Origin: Lingula anatina | Taxonomy: Eukaryota; Animalia; Brachiopoda | Assembly (NCBI GenBank): GCA_051362555.1 | Contig: CM120649.1 | Coordinates: 16,878,567 to 16,942,566, forward strand | DNA length: 64,000 nt | Reading direction: 5' to 3' | Part shown: piece by piece, positions 47,904-62,991 of the stretch | Position numbering within the stretch: position 1 is the first letter of the stretch | Layout: each line of letters starts with the position of its first letter | The notes under the pieces: model-generated | Told to the model about the DNA's origin: nothing | The model's database searches: none | The model's input: only the letters and a program-made list of their open reading frames with translations | Made by a program: the position numbers and the translations under genes

Positions 47904-50900
47904 AAATAGATTTTTGATGAAAAGAAAAAGAAATATGAATGACACCCAAATTTAATATAAAAGACGTTTAAGTTTAATAAGCAGATGACAAATAGTAAAT
48001 CAAGGGAAACAAAAGCCTCGGATCGTTAATAGGCCCTATTTCTTGTCCTTACATAGATGGAAAAAGATGGTTTTAATACTTTTAACTGGAATAGTCACTA
48101 CGACGCACATTGCATTCAAAGTGTTCCATGTACTATTCCTTTGTTAGAAAAAAACGTTACGGTTTTAAACACATATAAACGTATGTCAGTCTTGCAACAC
48201 AGGGCTACCTTATCTTCCTCTGTTGTGAAACGAATATGTACAATGTGATTTGTTTAAGATGCACACGCACGCTTTGTACCAGTACAAATGGACCAACCTA
48301 CACCCATATTCTCACATTCGACAGAATTTTAAAAAAAGACACCGCCCGCACACTTACACCCATAGAAACGTTACCTAACACTAAACCAACAAGTGTTTTC
48401 CCCCCTCGCTGTTCATACCCAGATTAAATAAATCATACCTAATGAATCCAATTAATTAAAGCATCTAGCACCTGAGTATCACGGCGCTTGCAGGTGGCGG
48501 TGGCGGTAGTAAATTGTATTGCATAGAAGGAGTAAATGCACGTAGAGAAAATAATGTCGCGCACGCTAGCCTTGTAGGCGGCTCGAGTGAAGTACGGAGT
48601 GCTGTTACAGGTGGCTGGTTAAATTCTGGCGTGTTAAGAGGGTGTTATGTGGACACGAGGTTTCAGCTGCTCTTAAGCTTTGAGTGCATGTATTTTATAG
48701 GCTGGTTGTTATATATTGCCCCCTCCCTCTTCTCTCTATCTCTCTCATACTAAAATGCCCCATAGATACACATGTAGACACACGTTTTCTAAAGCACATT
48801 TTCTTTCACTTCCCTTTGATTGAGTTAACCGTGTAGTGCATTCCTTGCATTGTCATTAAGAGTGTTTTTTTAAAGGCCAGTACTTCAAAAAAGAAGGAAT
48901 AGACCTCGGAAAATTTTATTTTAGGTCTACTTCTTCTATTTCTCGTACGTATTGTGCTAGTAAAGGCGTTCAAAAAGCAAAAAAGTTCTAAAGCTATGAC
49001 AATCCCATATACATTCAGTTACTTTTTTATTCGTAACTTTTTTTTAACTCAAGCCCGATTACTAATTTAATCTCCTTCATTTATTGTCATCTTATAGACA
49101 CTTTTATTATTATTATTATTATTATTCAGTTCTGCTTTAACGCGAACCATTAATTTACACAGATACGATCTGAACTAAAGATTGGACGAAATAATATTAT
49201 TTTGTTTAAAGTTGTAATAAAAAACAACTGAACACAAGATTTGGAACTGCGTGCTCGTCAACTTTTTAAACTCGTCAAAATAGAAATTCATCATTTTGCC
49301 AATGATGAGTAGAATTCGTTCGCTGCATCAAAATTACTTTCTGTCAATAGTTCTAAGCACGGTTAATTTTCCTAATGCTCTTAGTTTGTCACTTATCTTA
49401 TTGAATTATCGAAATTGCCACAGGTTGAATTATAAAAAGGGATCTGAACAAAATTATGTAACAGTTGAAAAAAAAGATGTGTATTCAATTCAATATTCCT
49501 CTAATTCAACTAATCTTGTAATCAGCGATCGACGCCCGTTATAGAAATTGAAAAAAAAATCTCATTATTCGTCGCAATACGTAGACGACGGAAAAAAGTC
49601 GAGATTATGTTTCCTATTGTACTCTTGGAAGACCGCGTCTAGTTTCTGTGAACAAAGGCTGCACGTGCGTTCAACAGATCCATGATTAGTGCTAATCGTT
49701 TCTTAAAGCTCGGGACGCAATGCATAGAGAGCCATTTAATCTTGGCACGCGAGATGGAGGGATTGTTTCTTTACAACACTTTCAAGCGCGGGGCAATCTG
49801 GATCAGCTCCGCTTGATTGAATTGATTACGGCGCCTGCGACAACTCAACAAGTGCTTGCGTTTGGGGACGGCGAGTCTACCACTACGTCTGCCAGTATTT
49901 TAAAGTTCACTATGCCCTCAGTATTACTCTATTGTTGAATTAAGCACTTTGATATATCTATGGCAAAGAAGTTAAGTCTATCGATGATGTTAATTTATCT
50001 TATATCAAAATTTTCAAAGTTGTTTTTTTTTCTGTCGTAAAATAGGTAACATCAATTTCGTTTAAATTACATTATCAGACTCCCGTCTAATGAATATTGC
50101 CAAGCACTTTTTCACTTTCTTAATCACTAGATATGATACTTTAATAAAAAAAAAGGAAAAAAGAAAAAAATCAATTATTCTTCAATTTTTTTTATTTTAT
50201 TATTATTATTTTATTTTATTTATTTATTTATTTTTTGTTAAACTTTCATCCACAAACAAAAAAATGAATTTTATCTGGAGAATTTATTCTTTCTTTCTAT
50301 TTGCTTATTTCTTCTCAAATTGAAAGGAATCAAAATTTCAAACCTTCTTGCTCCAAGCGTTCCGGCTCATCAAATATTTTTCCAGTAGCTTAAGTCACTT
50401 TGTGAAATCGTTATTAACGAAGGCATTAAGTAATTGATTCAGTGAACAAATACAATTACGTAATTAAAGGGACACGTAAGTCAATAGCCACGGCATTGTG
50501 TAAAAAAGGAAAGAGGGAAGGAAAGAGGAAGGAAATTACCAAAGGTTGATTTCTATGCGGTCTTTAGAATAGCATTCTTGAAGACTACAGCATTTCCGAT
50601 ATTACAGATTATATGGTTATGTTCATATATGTCTATTCACTGAATAAAATGGAAAATTATGTTTTTTTTTTTAATTAATTTTTTTTTTATTATTTATTTA
50701 TTTGTTTTTATTTTTTATTTATTTATTTATTTTATTTTTTTTTTTTTTGAAGTGCCTACTGTGGATTGGGGAATTTACGTGCCAAAGACACTGGGCCTTT
50801 TGAAATGTATCATCTTGGTGCTCATTTTCAGTAATTTACAGTAGTAGTAGTAGTGGTGTCGAAATAAAGGTGACTCAAGCCCCAGTGTGTGTTGTTTTAA

Positions 50901-53078
50901 AAGTATTTTATATGTAGATAAGACCAAGTTTATGATGCACTCATTAAGATTCATAGGAGTAAAAAGCGCGTCGGATACGAACCAGAAGTTTTTTTGTTTT
51001 TTTTTTATTTCATTTTTCCTTCATTTTCCTCAGATGTCAACTATGAAGCATGATAAGGCAGTAGCTTATAAATAAGTCATAGTTTTTAATGAAAAAAGAA
51101 ATAAAATAGTAAATTCTGGTACAAAGCATCTTACTGCCTAATGTAATACGAGCATGGAAGGCCGATGTGATGACACCCTCGCCATGAATTATAGTCATCA
51201 GGGGCATTGCCTAACTCTCTGTACATATATATTCTAATATATTAGTTGATTCATTTGACGTTTGAGTCAGTTTTTACTGCAGAAAAATCAGAAAAGGAGA
51301 TACGTGTATCACACGGGAACATCACTAAATGACTCCTCACTTACATAAGGTTTTATATCATTTAAATAGAAGACTAGCTATCGTCCCTGATTGTTTACTG
51401 TGGAAGTTAATGTCCACACATGGATCAGTTACACCGCTTGCGGTCATTTGCACTGTAACACGAGGATTGAGTTGCAGAAATCATGGAAATGAGACACTTC
51501 ACTTTACGTCTGCAAGTTGAGTTTCATTATTAAGATTATTAGCCCGGCACTTATTCATGAGAGAAATTGGAAGGAATGTATCACTATGGAACCGTGGTAC
51601 TTTACTTGGCTAAAGGTAATAATTAATAATAAGGCTGGTATAATATATACTTTCAGTCTAATTATTTGTTTGTTTTTTTTTTTAGTTTGAGGTCATTCTC
51701 TAATAATAGGCCAGTATGTGATAACTGTCCACTAAATAAGGAAATTTTGCTGATAATATAATTATTTAGCTATTATTGTCGTTACACATTTTAATTTTAG
51801 CTATTTATTTTTATATTTCTTGTTTTTATTGTTTATTTATTTATTTATTTATCTTATTTGAAGCAAGATCCCCACGAGAGCCTCTTTAAAATTCAGCCGA
51901 AGTCGATGGAGCCAAGATACCACCACTCCATTAGAAATGACACAAAGTGAAGTAAAGCTTTGATAATAAAAGCAAAAGATAAAAATTAATTAAATATTAC
52001 CATGTGTCAGCGAAAGATTTTAATCTTGAAGTGATTGTGGTTTAAAAGTTGCATTATTAAAAAAGAATTAACAATCATCTAAACCATTTCTAAAAGCGGT
52101 CTATCTTGACGAAGCCGGCAGTGCTTTTCATATTTAAGGAGCATAACATCAAAAATGACGAGACTAATACATTAGCAATTAGCGCAAAAGGTATGAACTC
52201 CCCTGGATTAAGATCATCTCGATAATCTTTCGATTCGAGTCAACAGTAACCTTATGGCCATCTCAACATATTCCGTTAAAAGCAGTATCATTTTACACCT
52301 CCCCACGAGCAGTTAATAGTCAGAGACGAGATTTTTTTGTTCGGCGACAATACCATTTCTCCGCTCCATTCTGCCTCAGCCAGGGATACGTGCGAACTTA
52401 ATTAGCGCTGCACGTGCGCGCTAGCCACACAAAGTCCCGCCGCCATTGTGAATCCCTGCTCGCGGCGGGGCGGCGTTGATAAGGCAGGTCTCCGCTCATT
52501 CAGCGTCTCCCGTTAGTTTTCGTATCGGGACGTGGGCGAGGTAGCCGAAGAAGCAATCTATCACGAGGCCGCGTGCGCCCGTATGCGAGAGTCAAACCTC
52601 GACGCCGCTCAGGGCGATTAAAAATCGATCTAAGCTAATTCGCTTGTTACTCACGCAAGTGTGCGTCTTGTGATTCTTTGTGAATGCGATGTCTTGGGAA
52701 AATAATTCTTCCTGTTAGGCACATTAAAGGAGCGTTTTGTGGTTTCGACACTATGTTGACAAGACATGTTGTATCCTTTATGTGCCGTGCTTCAGTGTGC
52801 AGGGTGCCCCTATGGACTTCTCTAGATAAATAGCCCTACATCTATCTTTCCCGTTGTTTGTTTGTTTCAAAATTTATCAAATTTGAAAGATTTGGAAAGA
52901 TTTTGAAAGATCTGATAAATTCAAAATCAAATCTCTCTCTTTTAACTGTGCAAAGAAATGACTGCTTGCCATTCATCGGCTTGTTTGTCAAAAATCGAAA
53001 TTCGAGATTAGCGACGAAAGATGAAAAAGGCGCAAGGTGATAACAAAATTCATTCACAGCTGAAATAGTAATTAAAAA

Positions 53079-53118
<40 letters not shown>

Positions 53119-54496
53119 TCATCGCGCCTTTGATGATACACATGACACATCAGTAAGCTTCCTATACTACGGTTAACGTAAGTACATGTAAAAATGATAC
53201 ATAATGTACTGTATTTCCAAATAAATAACGTAAAATTAAATACCCTGCACAGTAGAGTAGGAGTAAAAAAGTCTTGATTTATTCAGTCCGACTTTGCGAG
53301 TTGACGGTGCAATACAGTGCAATAAATAATGACAGTGCCTTCGATGAAACCCAGTAATGTAATACATTAACAATAAATGTGTATAAATCATAATTATTTG
53401 CCACAAGCCAAAAAAATTATATAAGTCTGTATGATAAAGGGGATACAGGTGCTTCTTTGAAATTAGAGAATTTCTCTGACTGGACTTCAATGTAACCGAC
53501 ACGTGGCCTAAAAAATCCAACCTCTGTATAGCAACTTATTTTTAACATTTAGTAAATAAAAAGTGAAGTTTAATGTGGTAAATGAGAACATATGCCGGTT
53601 TTCCCCTTATATATATTACTAAAAACTGAAAATTTCCATTTCCTAACTAAAGACTATAGCAGGTATAAAATTATTGACATTCACCAATATATGATATTGG
53701 TCAATTTGATATAATAAGAAAACTACATTAACTCTTGAATCCCACAACATGGGCTTGTCTTGGCAGCGAGGTCAGGCCATCCCCTGGTGGCAATTCTTAG
53801 CACTTGCCGAAGTGATCATGAACTGGTACAATGTCAGCACCTTGTAATCTTCACATCCACAAATTCACAACAGAAATGTACAGGTTTTAATGCTATGCAG
53901 GTATTCCAAGTGGCATACGTCCCACTCACCTATAAAAATATCCAATGCATCATTTTTGTCACTTGTGTTTGTTTGTTTTTATTGTTCTAGGCCAGTCTGA
54001 CAGAGGTATACAGTCAACAGTTATGTCAACATGTATTCTCTTTGTTACCCTGTAAAGACTAAATCCCTAAGTTACTTCTCCAGGCCTCTGCAGACATCTT
54101 GACTTTAGACTGACGGTTGGCCTCAACTTTGACACCAAAATGTTTGTCTACACAATACTTCATTGAAGGATAAACTGGTACATGTAGTAGTCCACTGTAG
54201 TAAAGTAACTATCAGTCTTAAACTTGAACAATTTCTTTCCAGTCATAAAACAGGTGCAGCATTTCAGTGAACGAACAACTACTGACATCATCAGACATCA
54301 AAGTAGGCTAAAATTTTGGTCTCAAAGTCTGAACCAACTTTCCGTCTTAAAGTTCCCTTGTAGGACCAGACCCTCTTGACACAGAAAGTGGAGTCCTTGA
54401 CAACCCTCATACCAAGAAAAAATAATCTCTCCCCCTCAGTTGCTGGAGATGGATAATATAAAATAGATGTCCTATTTGAGTCTTTTCACTGTTGCA

Positions 54497-57400
54497 TCAA
54501 GAGTTGTGGAGTAACACATTCGTTGCCATGGAAACATCATTGTTTGTAGCTCTCAGCGCCTCTATCACATTCTCCCTCACAAATCCCATTTCCACCAATG
54601 TCCGCACCTGGGAAAGAATGAATAGTCATTTGACACAAATCTGTCCCCATCATGGCAATTAAAAGCACTGAAAATGTTACGATAACTTTGGAACAAGAGT
54701 CATTACTATCAAAGTCATATAATCAGAGATGAGAGCGATCCCTTTAGAAAAAATCCTGAAAAAACAAATGAGGCATGGGGCTTACATACAACACTGAAAT
54801 ATCAAGATTTAAGGTTTAATTCAGGTGACTCTCATCTCTAAATAATCCCTGTGATATAGGTAAAAAAAAATCAAAAGTGTTACCAGGCTGACAATTTGCA
54901 ACATTCATTGTGAAATGTTAGAGAACTAAACACAATGCACTGGTAAGTGAAAACGGTCCATAAGGTCCGACCATATCTCAAATTATTACAAGATTTTTCT
55001 TTGAAAACATGGCAAACAAATTCTTACCTGCTCTTCTTGCACTGCAGGGGCTGGCTGGTTATGACCTGGCAAATATAATACATCTTTAAAATTGATTTCA
55101 GTGTAAGATAATAACATTATTAACCTTCCTTCATTAATTTTTCATTTGCATGAAATTGGAAATGGACAAGAGTGCCAGCTTTCTGATCAGAAAATATGAA
55201 TATTTATGATCATATTGATACCCCTAAAAACGATCAAGTTACAAGTTAACAAACACTTACCTTGCCTTGGCTGTGCACCACCATCAAACAAGTTACCAAA
55301 TATCCCTGCCTGGAAAATAACAAAATTTCACTCCAATTATTCAAACTGCCAGCCAGATCGATACCAGTGTCAGGACATTTGATGGAGAGTTTTGAATGAG
55401 CCAATTTGATTTTAGTCAGTGTAAGAAAAGTATTAAAGACACGATCACAACTGATTTCTTGGAGCACATCAAGCCAATAAAATGCCCCCGTCTAACTTTC
55501 TGTAATAATTAATAGGGATCACCCAAGATGGCCCAAAGTCTTGCCACCTAGCATAAAGTTTGGTGAGAATTCTTAAGAATTAGAGGAGAGTAGTGTCAGA
55601 AATCACTACAGACAAGGGAGTGTGGTGAAGCAATAAATATACACTTGAAACATTTTTCCACAGACATTTTTGTTGGTTGATATCTTTTAAGTTCTGTCAA
55701 AGTAAATGTTTCTGCACAACAGTATAAATTCATCTGCATTGCATGTCACTTTTGTATTGCTTTCTAAGACTACATCCCAGCTCATAAGACTGTTACAGTA
55801 AGGGTTAGCTCCACCTCACACACATTTTTGCACACATTTTAAAGTCTCATACAATGCCATGCAGTGCAGACAGCCTCATTTTAGGCTACATCAGATTTGA
55901 CCCCCCATTAAAAAAAAAAAAACATTTACCCCTCTGGGTTGAAAAGCCATGCCTCCCATGTTCCTCATCTGTCTAAACTGTTGCCTGGCCAGCTGCTCCT
56001 CAAGCCTCTCTATTTCCTGCTGTCTCTGGAGTTCTAGCGTGGCTCCGAGAGGGGTGTTAATTTGCTGAACTGTCTCGGTTTTGACGAGCCGTCCCAAAGT
56101 CTTGTCAGCTATACCAGCCACAAAATTTGGGACGTGAAACCAGTCCTTGATTTTTAAAAAGTTTGCTTTGTAAAGTAATCCTGATATCTGTAAATAAATA
56201 AATAAAAAGAAATAAAACAGGATAAGCTATATGCACATAAAATGTACTTTATGGGTTTCAATTAATTTCAATGTATAGATTAAAAGTTGAGCCCATTAAA
56301 AATCATAATGGATAATTTTATACATTTAATTTTGGCAAAATGAGTGACCCAGAGAGTTATTTATGACCTTCCTATAACTCACCAGACCACAGCCGGCCAC
56401 TAGGACTGACTCTATGGACGTGCTGGCTATCTGGAGATCAAGAGAAAAATTGTGACAGTAAAATATAATCACATGATGACAGAAACGGATAACAGAAAAA
56501 TTAATGCTGAGACTACTGCTGAAAATGGATTTTACTTTTGAAAATATCTATCATTCTTTACCCTGTAACATTTCATTATTACAAATAGTCAAGTTTTGTT
56601 GAAGGAAAACAGAAAATGTACTGGCAATCTCTCCAGTGACAGATGTATACTATTTTCACATAACACTCACCTGGAAACCTAAGATATATGTGAAAGTCTT
56701 CCCAGTGACAGGTATGCCTAGTATATTGGTGACAGCCACTCTGGGAATGTCACAGAAGAATGGAACAAAGAGAGGGAACAGGAAAGAAAGCCTGAAGCAC
56801 AAGAATTATTTACCTCAAAAACACTGGTAAAAATTCCACTGTGATTGTGAATTATTCTCTATTTGCATTGTTAATATGTTAGAATAGCAACTGTAGAAAA
56901 CAAAGGGGCTAGAAATTGCTTAGTTGGTTAACAAGTGCGACTAATGTTTTTTTTTATTATTATTATTATTATTATTTTGCGGAAAACATAATACTGGAGC
57001 TAAAATAAATCACAATTACTTCTCATCTATCCATTAAATTCAAGTGAAAAATTAGGGAAAAAACAACAAACACAGATGGCTCAATTACATTCTGTAATCT
57101 GATAATAAATTCCAGCACAAGAATGGATAAAGACTTTGTGAACACTTTCACATGATACTCACGGTCCTGTGGGCAAACTGTCTAAATCTAATTCTGCCTT
57201 CTTACAACAGTACAACGCTGCCAGCTCTAAGAGAGAGGCTAGGAACCCAGTCGCCAATAAGTATGACTGAAATATAACAATAACAATATCAGTATAACTT
57301 CTGTGGTATGGCTCAATCCACTGACTAACATCATATCAGGATAAAGTGTGTGCTGTTTTAGGAATTTACCAAATAGTGAACAATCTGATTTTTATCAAAT

Positions 57401-58603
57401 TTGATAGAATATTCACATTTCGAGAAAATTCTGTGTATGTATGCATAAAGCAGTGGCTTCCACACAGTATTAAATACAAAGGACAAGAAGAAATATACAA
57501 ATGAATGAATGAATGAATGAAAGAAAGGACATACGCAATACTTCTGGGATCCAAGCTTCCTCTCAAAAATCCTCCAGTAAAAGATGAGTATGGCACCACA
57601 GACGAGGTCCTTGGGGTCCAGAAATACCAACTTAGATGTGATCAACCTCCACAGCTAAAGTGAATATAGAAGAACATTAAGTGTTGAAATATTTAGCCTT
57701 GTGAAACTACAAACAATTAAAATGATGCACGTTTTAATGGATGCTACTGATTACAAGACTTACCAGTGAGAGAATCATGAAACCACTTACGAGAACCATT
57801 TGCTAACATCAAAGAAAGATATATAGTTTGTCAACATGCCTGCTGAACAAATTTGACGAGAAAAAGAACACAAATTAAATGAACTTTAATAAAGATAATT
57901 ATTATCATTATCCAATGGCTTTACCTCTAGTTTATCAAAAATATCCTGATATGTGTATACAAACAGATGTCTGAAGTGGTGCAGTGGCAGAGACACGGCC
58001 AGGGAGGTCACTATCACAGAGCTCACAAATACTTTACTTACTGGGAGGTGGTCTGGAATGAAACAGTATATAATCAATGACAGGAATTTGCGGTTTTGAT
58101 GATCTGGGAAAGGTTGAAAACTGGACATATTATAAACAAATATTTAAATTCTGTTTGTTTAATGTCAGCAAGGGGTGGCAAGATGACCTGTATGCGATGT
58201 ATAAGAACGAGGGTTTAGATTTTTCAGAAGCTCATCAGATTTTTTGGGGAAATTTGGGGAATATATATTTTATTTTATTTTGGTTATTTGAAGACCTAAA
58301 TTTTATTTGTTACCCCCACCCCCACCCCCACCACCCCCATTCAAATGTCAGAAGGTAAAATTCTACTGCATAGGCCTTGCAAGAAGCATAGCTTCAATAT
58401 GTGTTATTTATGTTACATGCACCTGTGGCCTAAAAATCTATCAGTTTGCCTACTGCAAATGAAGAAAACTCTGGTTGGGAAAATCCTAGAACCAAAATTA
58501 AATTGTGTGTTTATGTCTAGCTGCGTTACTGATTAGTGCCTGATCATCCTATACACTTGAATCGTTACTTACAGAAACCAACACTCCTACTTGTCGAAAA
58601 CAT
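54497..58603 (-). CDS. UBAC2: Ubiquitin-associated domain-containing protein 2 (rhomboid-like pseudoprotease plus C-terminal UBA), 335 aa
   Basis: Exons 58603-58573, 58052-57925, 57654-57535, 57266-57163, 56791-56671, 56430-56383, 56187-55930, 55309-55261, 55065-55028, 54607-54497 (1008 nt, in frame). Motifs LWRLITSK, RIFERKLGSQKY, LFVPFFCDIPRV, GATLELQRQQ and UBA EEQVRTLVEMGF..ALRATNNDV..ATNVLL match UBAC2. Confidence 0.93.
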
Positions 58604-58689
58604 TGCAGTAAGTTGGACAATCGCTACCGCTGTCCAAGTTTTGACACTGTTATTGGTGCTGAAAGGAGAAACATCACCTCGCGTACGAC

Positions 58690-58730
58690 ATTACTTCCGG
58701 TAGTATCGTGGGAGAGCAATGGCAACCGAT
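58690..58730. promoter_or_regulatory. Housekeeping-type promoter motifs upstream of UBAC2
   Basis: ETS motif ACTTCCGG (58693-58700) and RFX-like ATGGCAAC (58719-58726), about 90-120 nt upstream of the ATG. Confidence 0.45.
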
Positions 58731-59940
58731 ACTATCAAAGCGATAAGAGATGGAACGTGACATACCTGTATCATACTATCAGACCTGCCACCTGAACCTG
58801 TAGACGAATTCTTTACACCAGAAATTGTATCAGTAATTTTCTTCCTTTTGTCACTGCTAGAAACTTTTGTTGAAATTTCAGTATTTATTGAGAATTATCA
58901 CTTTTTCCCCAAAAATCATTTTTTACATGGATTGATGTTTTATTTTATTTCTAAAAGAAAATATAAATAAGCTTTTAATGATTGTACAGACATCAAGACT
59001 GCCCTGTCTTATTGTAGGAAGAAAATATCGACAGTTACGTTTTAGCGTTATAAAGGTCTGGATTGGAAAGATGGGCCTTTATACATGTAGTTTTGCAAAA
59101 TACGTATAGACACAGAAAATCTGACAAAATATAAAGTTTGGATTTCTTTCAATATTCACATTCATATTAGGCCCTATATCTAAAATTATTTCTAACGCAC
59201 GCCCAAGTGTTTAATGCGTTTGGACATTCCCAAAATACGTAAACTTTTGTCTCCGTGAGATGAATTTCTCAATGACAAATATGATAGAAGTTTCCACTTT
59301 CTCCATAATAACTAATAACATTTGGCTTGTTAGGTTTATAGGGGCAAATGCCGCAGTGATCCAACGAACCGTTACTCGTGCGTAGTTAAGACGGTCATAT
59401 TTTTTCTTGGTGCAACGGGCGTAAATAGTGAGAGGAGTTATCCTTCCATGGCACATGGACGCCAGGGTTTGCGGTAAATGACACACATAGCGGAACAAAT
59501 TTATGACCCGTTGGTGCAACCAGGCCCAGGTGGATACGAGTCCCATTTGTATCTTTTATAGTAGATTTTTGCTAAGTACTTCCTTCAGGCAGTAAACAAA
59601 ATTATGCAGAACTTATTGATATACAAGAGCCTTTTCCTAAGTATTTCCTTGTTGCCATAAATAGCGACATTTCCTCCTAATTGATAAACAAGTTCAACGA
59701 CCCATCATTTACAAACGCTAAATCTTTCACTTAAAGGTAGGCAACACATCAACATAAATATTAGTTAAATCTGTAAAACTATTCATCTAATGTAAGAATA
59801 AGACTTATTAATACCGTGATGACCGTAATCTCTGGTCACTATTTCGTTGCGAGGGTGACTAAAAACTAAAAATTCATATGATGGTAGGCCTATATGATTC
59901 GTAATTTTGTGAACGACTTTTGGATATAGTATTCCATCGG

Positions 59941-60251
59941 CAGTGGCATATTTAGTTGGAGGGGTCAGGGATTCCTTAATCCCCCCCCCCCACCCCCACC
60001 ATTTGGTTTCTGAAAAAAATTGCACTTATATTCCCCTCTTGAAATTAGAGTTTTAATTAGCTGAGTTATAGTTCTTAACCGTTCCAAATGGCACCGTTTG
60101 ACCTTCAAAATAGGCCTACCAAAAGTTTTTGGGGCCCTTCAGCGCGCCCTAAACCCTACCACAAGGGGGGCGAGGGTCGACTTCAAATCCGAGGCCTGTC
60201 ATGCGTAAAAAAAACTACCCCCTCCCCCTTCAAATCCTGGTTCTGCCTCTG
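59941..60251. mobile_element. Degenerate copy of the CAG-terminated element
   Basis: CAGTGGCATATTTAG ... AAATCCTGGTTCTGCCTCTG; the interior resembles 60723-60953 (TTAGCTGA.TTATAG..TAACCGT.CCAAATGGCA). Confidence 0.6.
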
Positions 60252-60722
60252 TCCAACCACCTGTTTATCACGTTCAGTAGATAAAAATTATATCTCATTT
60301 ACAAAATTATTTGACAGATACGTTTTTCTCAAAATTCGCATCGTGTTAATGTTGCATTTGCTTTTACAACAAGAAGTGCCGTCTTCTCAGCAAGAAGTCA
60401 CGTCGCCCTTATTGCTTTACCCAAACATTCGTTTTTTCATGCCCACCCCCTTGAGCCTCTGCTTATCAAGACATTTGATCATACGGTGCATTGTTCATCC
60501 CCACAGTCGGCCTGGGGTCGGCTTCAAGTATCCGAGGCTTGTCATACCTAAAAAATATCGGACCCCCATTCAAATAATCCTGAATCCACCACTGGATAGA
60601 CTGTCAATTTAATGTTTGGCTATTACGTAAGATTGTCACCTGAACGGCTGACTTTTGGGTGCCTTGAGGCCTGTGAAAGGGGACGAATATCCTGTAAGAG
60701 CCCGGTAAAGTGGCACGGTAAA

Positions 60723-60953
60723 CAGTGGCGGATTTAGGGGGGTGTGCGAAAAAAATCAACCAATGACTAGAACTTTGACTAGCTGAATCATAGTTATAAA
60801 CCGTGCCAAATGGCATCGTTCGCCCTCAATGTCGATTCAATGTTCACCCTCGGTCCTTTCAGTGGGCCCCGGACCCGACGCCAAGGGGGGGGGGGGGGAG
60901 GGGGGAGTGTCCCCCCCCCCCTCCCCGCTTCAAAAAATCCTGGATCCGCCCCT
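60723..60953. mobile_element. CAG(T/G)GGCGGAT-terminated non-autonomous element
   Basis: CAGTGGCGGATTTAGG ... CCTGGATCCGCCCCTG termini with internal G/C runs; similar elements at 59941-60251 and 47110-47294. Confidence 0.7.
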
Positions 60954-62433
60954 GCATTGATGATTTAAGGAACAGTGTAGAAATTTTCATGACGGTTTTT
61001 CATAGATCCCTTTATAATGGTCTAACGTTAACTGCGTGCCTTAAGTACAATTTCCTCACGTTTTCATTTGGTAAATGAGAAGCCGCCGATATCTCTGAGG
61101 TACGCACGACATTTAAAGACTATAAAATTAATTTTCAATATGTGATTTCCACGTACAACAGCAAAAAACATCTATCATTTTTAAAACGTGATTAAGACAA
61201 AGTCAAAGGAGCCAACGGTAATCCACCAAGGGAGATCTACAAGTACGGAATGCTTAATTTGCCTTGAATGCATTAATAAATTACCTATCATATTGGATGG
61301 ATTTCAACTTTTTTATTCTTAAAAAAATATTTAATGAGAATAAGTAAACAGAAAGTTACGTGGGACATCTCTGAAACACATGGATGTCGAAGAAAATTGT
61401 TATTCAGAAATCAGTAGGAGTAATGAAAAAACTCATAATCCCTTTTTTATTAGTGATTCCCCTCGTCAATTTCATCCTATGTATCCAATCAAAACGTTTA
61501 ATGAAATTTTGACTAGCTTCTCTGAAGATCTCAAAAATTGAGGCTTTATATTCAGTAACTGCCAGATACAGTGTATGTCGTTTAATGCAAACAGTTGCAG
61601 ATCTTGCATATCAATTAAACCAGCAATTAATTTTTCTTTTTCAGTCTCACACATAAACATTATCTATCCATTTATTTATTTTCATTTCTTATTTTTCATC
61701 TATTTATTCATTCATTTTATTTTATTTTATTTTACTTTATTTTTTGATAGACGAATCAAAACATATATAAATCATGTTGTTTTTGCCATATCTTGTAAAT
61801 GATCCGTTAAGCATCGCTAAATAATGACTCATTTTAATTTACAATCGACACTTTTCTCTTTTATTTCCTTGACGAATTGTATAAATACGACCCTTTCAAA
61901 TTCCAATAAACAGAATTTCTTCTGTGAGTTTGAAGCGCTGCGACAGATAAGCAAAGGTATTGTTATTTCATTTTTGTTTTATTTTTTCATTCATTCATTT
62001 ATTTTTACCTCTTATATAGCCTGCGGTGAGGAAGACAAAACGGTTTACTACTTTAATTCGAGTTCAAGATGGCAGTCGTCTATTAGATTCTTTAATGACA
62101 CACGTAATTTCTGCTTGCTTTGACTGGTTGCTTGATGTTTGTTGATATTAGCAAAAATGCATGTAGGTTATTATACATAGATAGAAGCCGGATTGACCAT
62201 GTGCACATTGAATGCGTAAAGGTTTATAACTTAAAATTTGAAAATAGATGGCAGGCGAACAGGAAGATTTCCTTTGGCGGCAATTTTATCTTTATTGATT
62301 TTTCTTAATTCATTTTGCTCATGGGCAAATCGTCGTAAGTGTTCAGCATTTCTGGTATTGCACGACCTTAGTGGGCAGTTAAAGGTCCAATATGACAAAT
62401 CCCTTCGCAGATTCAGACAGCGTTGTATTCAGT

Positions 62434-62630
62434 CAGGCCTGTAGCCGGGGGGGGGGGGGGGGGGGGGGGGGGAGGGGGGGGGGGGTTCGGAGGGTTCAAA
62501 AGAACCGCCCTTTTGCTGTGAAAAGGTCCACTCTGGGTAAAATTTGATCTAGGTAAATTAAGTTTTTATGGAAAAAGGTCCACTTTTTCAGAAAAAGAAC
62601 CCCCTTTTGAAATTGCTAGCTACGGGCCTG
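62434..62630. mobile_element. Short TIR element with poly-G tract and 5-bp target duplication
   Basis: CAGGCCTGTAGC ... GCTACGGGCCTG termini, TCAGT immediately on both sides, internal AAAAGGTCCACT duplicated. Confidence 0.8.
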
Positions 62631-62725
62631 TCAGTGTACATTATGAGGGCAGGTTGGCAATAGTGAGCGGGTTTGAATAAATCCTAAAATGTCAACAGTA
62701 AACCTTACCCACTGCGAGCATATTC

Positions 62726-62761
<36 letters not shown>

Positions 62762-62797
62762 ATTAATTGTTCTTGTCTTTCAGAAAAAAAAAACGCC

Positions 62798-62991
62798 ATG
62801 ATGACGAAGTTTCTGGCAAGCCTTTTAGTGCTTGGCCTTATGGGGCTGACTGCCGTGATTGGACAAGAAGAACGATTCCCCTCAAATCCAGACGGCGCTA
62901 TATTCCGAACAACTCTCGAGGGCGGAACGTCGGTAGTGACCGGGTATTCAACAAACCAAGCCACATCACCGGATGGCAAATCCTACCCAGC
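62798..62991 (+). CDS. First coding exon of an unidentified secreted protein (continues beyond window)
   Basis: Strong polypyrimidine acceptor (..ttcttgtctttcag, 62783), gccATG, signal peptide MMTKFLASLLVLGLMGLTAVIG-QEERF, and GTGAGT donor at 62992 (phase 2). Confidence 0.75.

Noticed and set aside
60088-60612. 174-aa plus-strand ORF
   Set aside because: Runs through degenerate repeat elements; no domain-like features.
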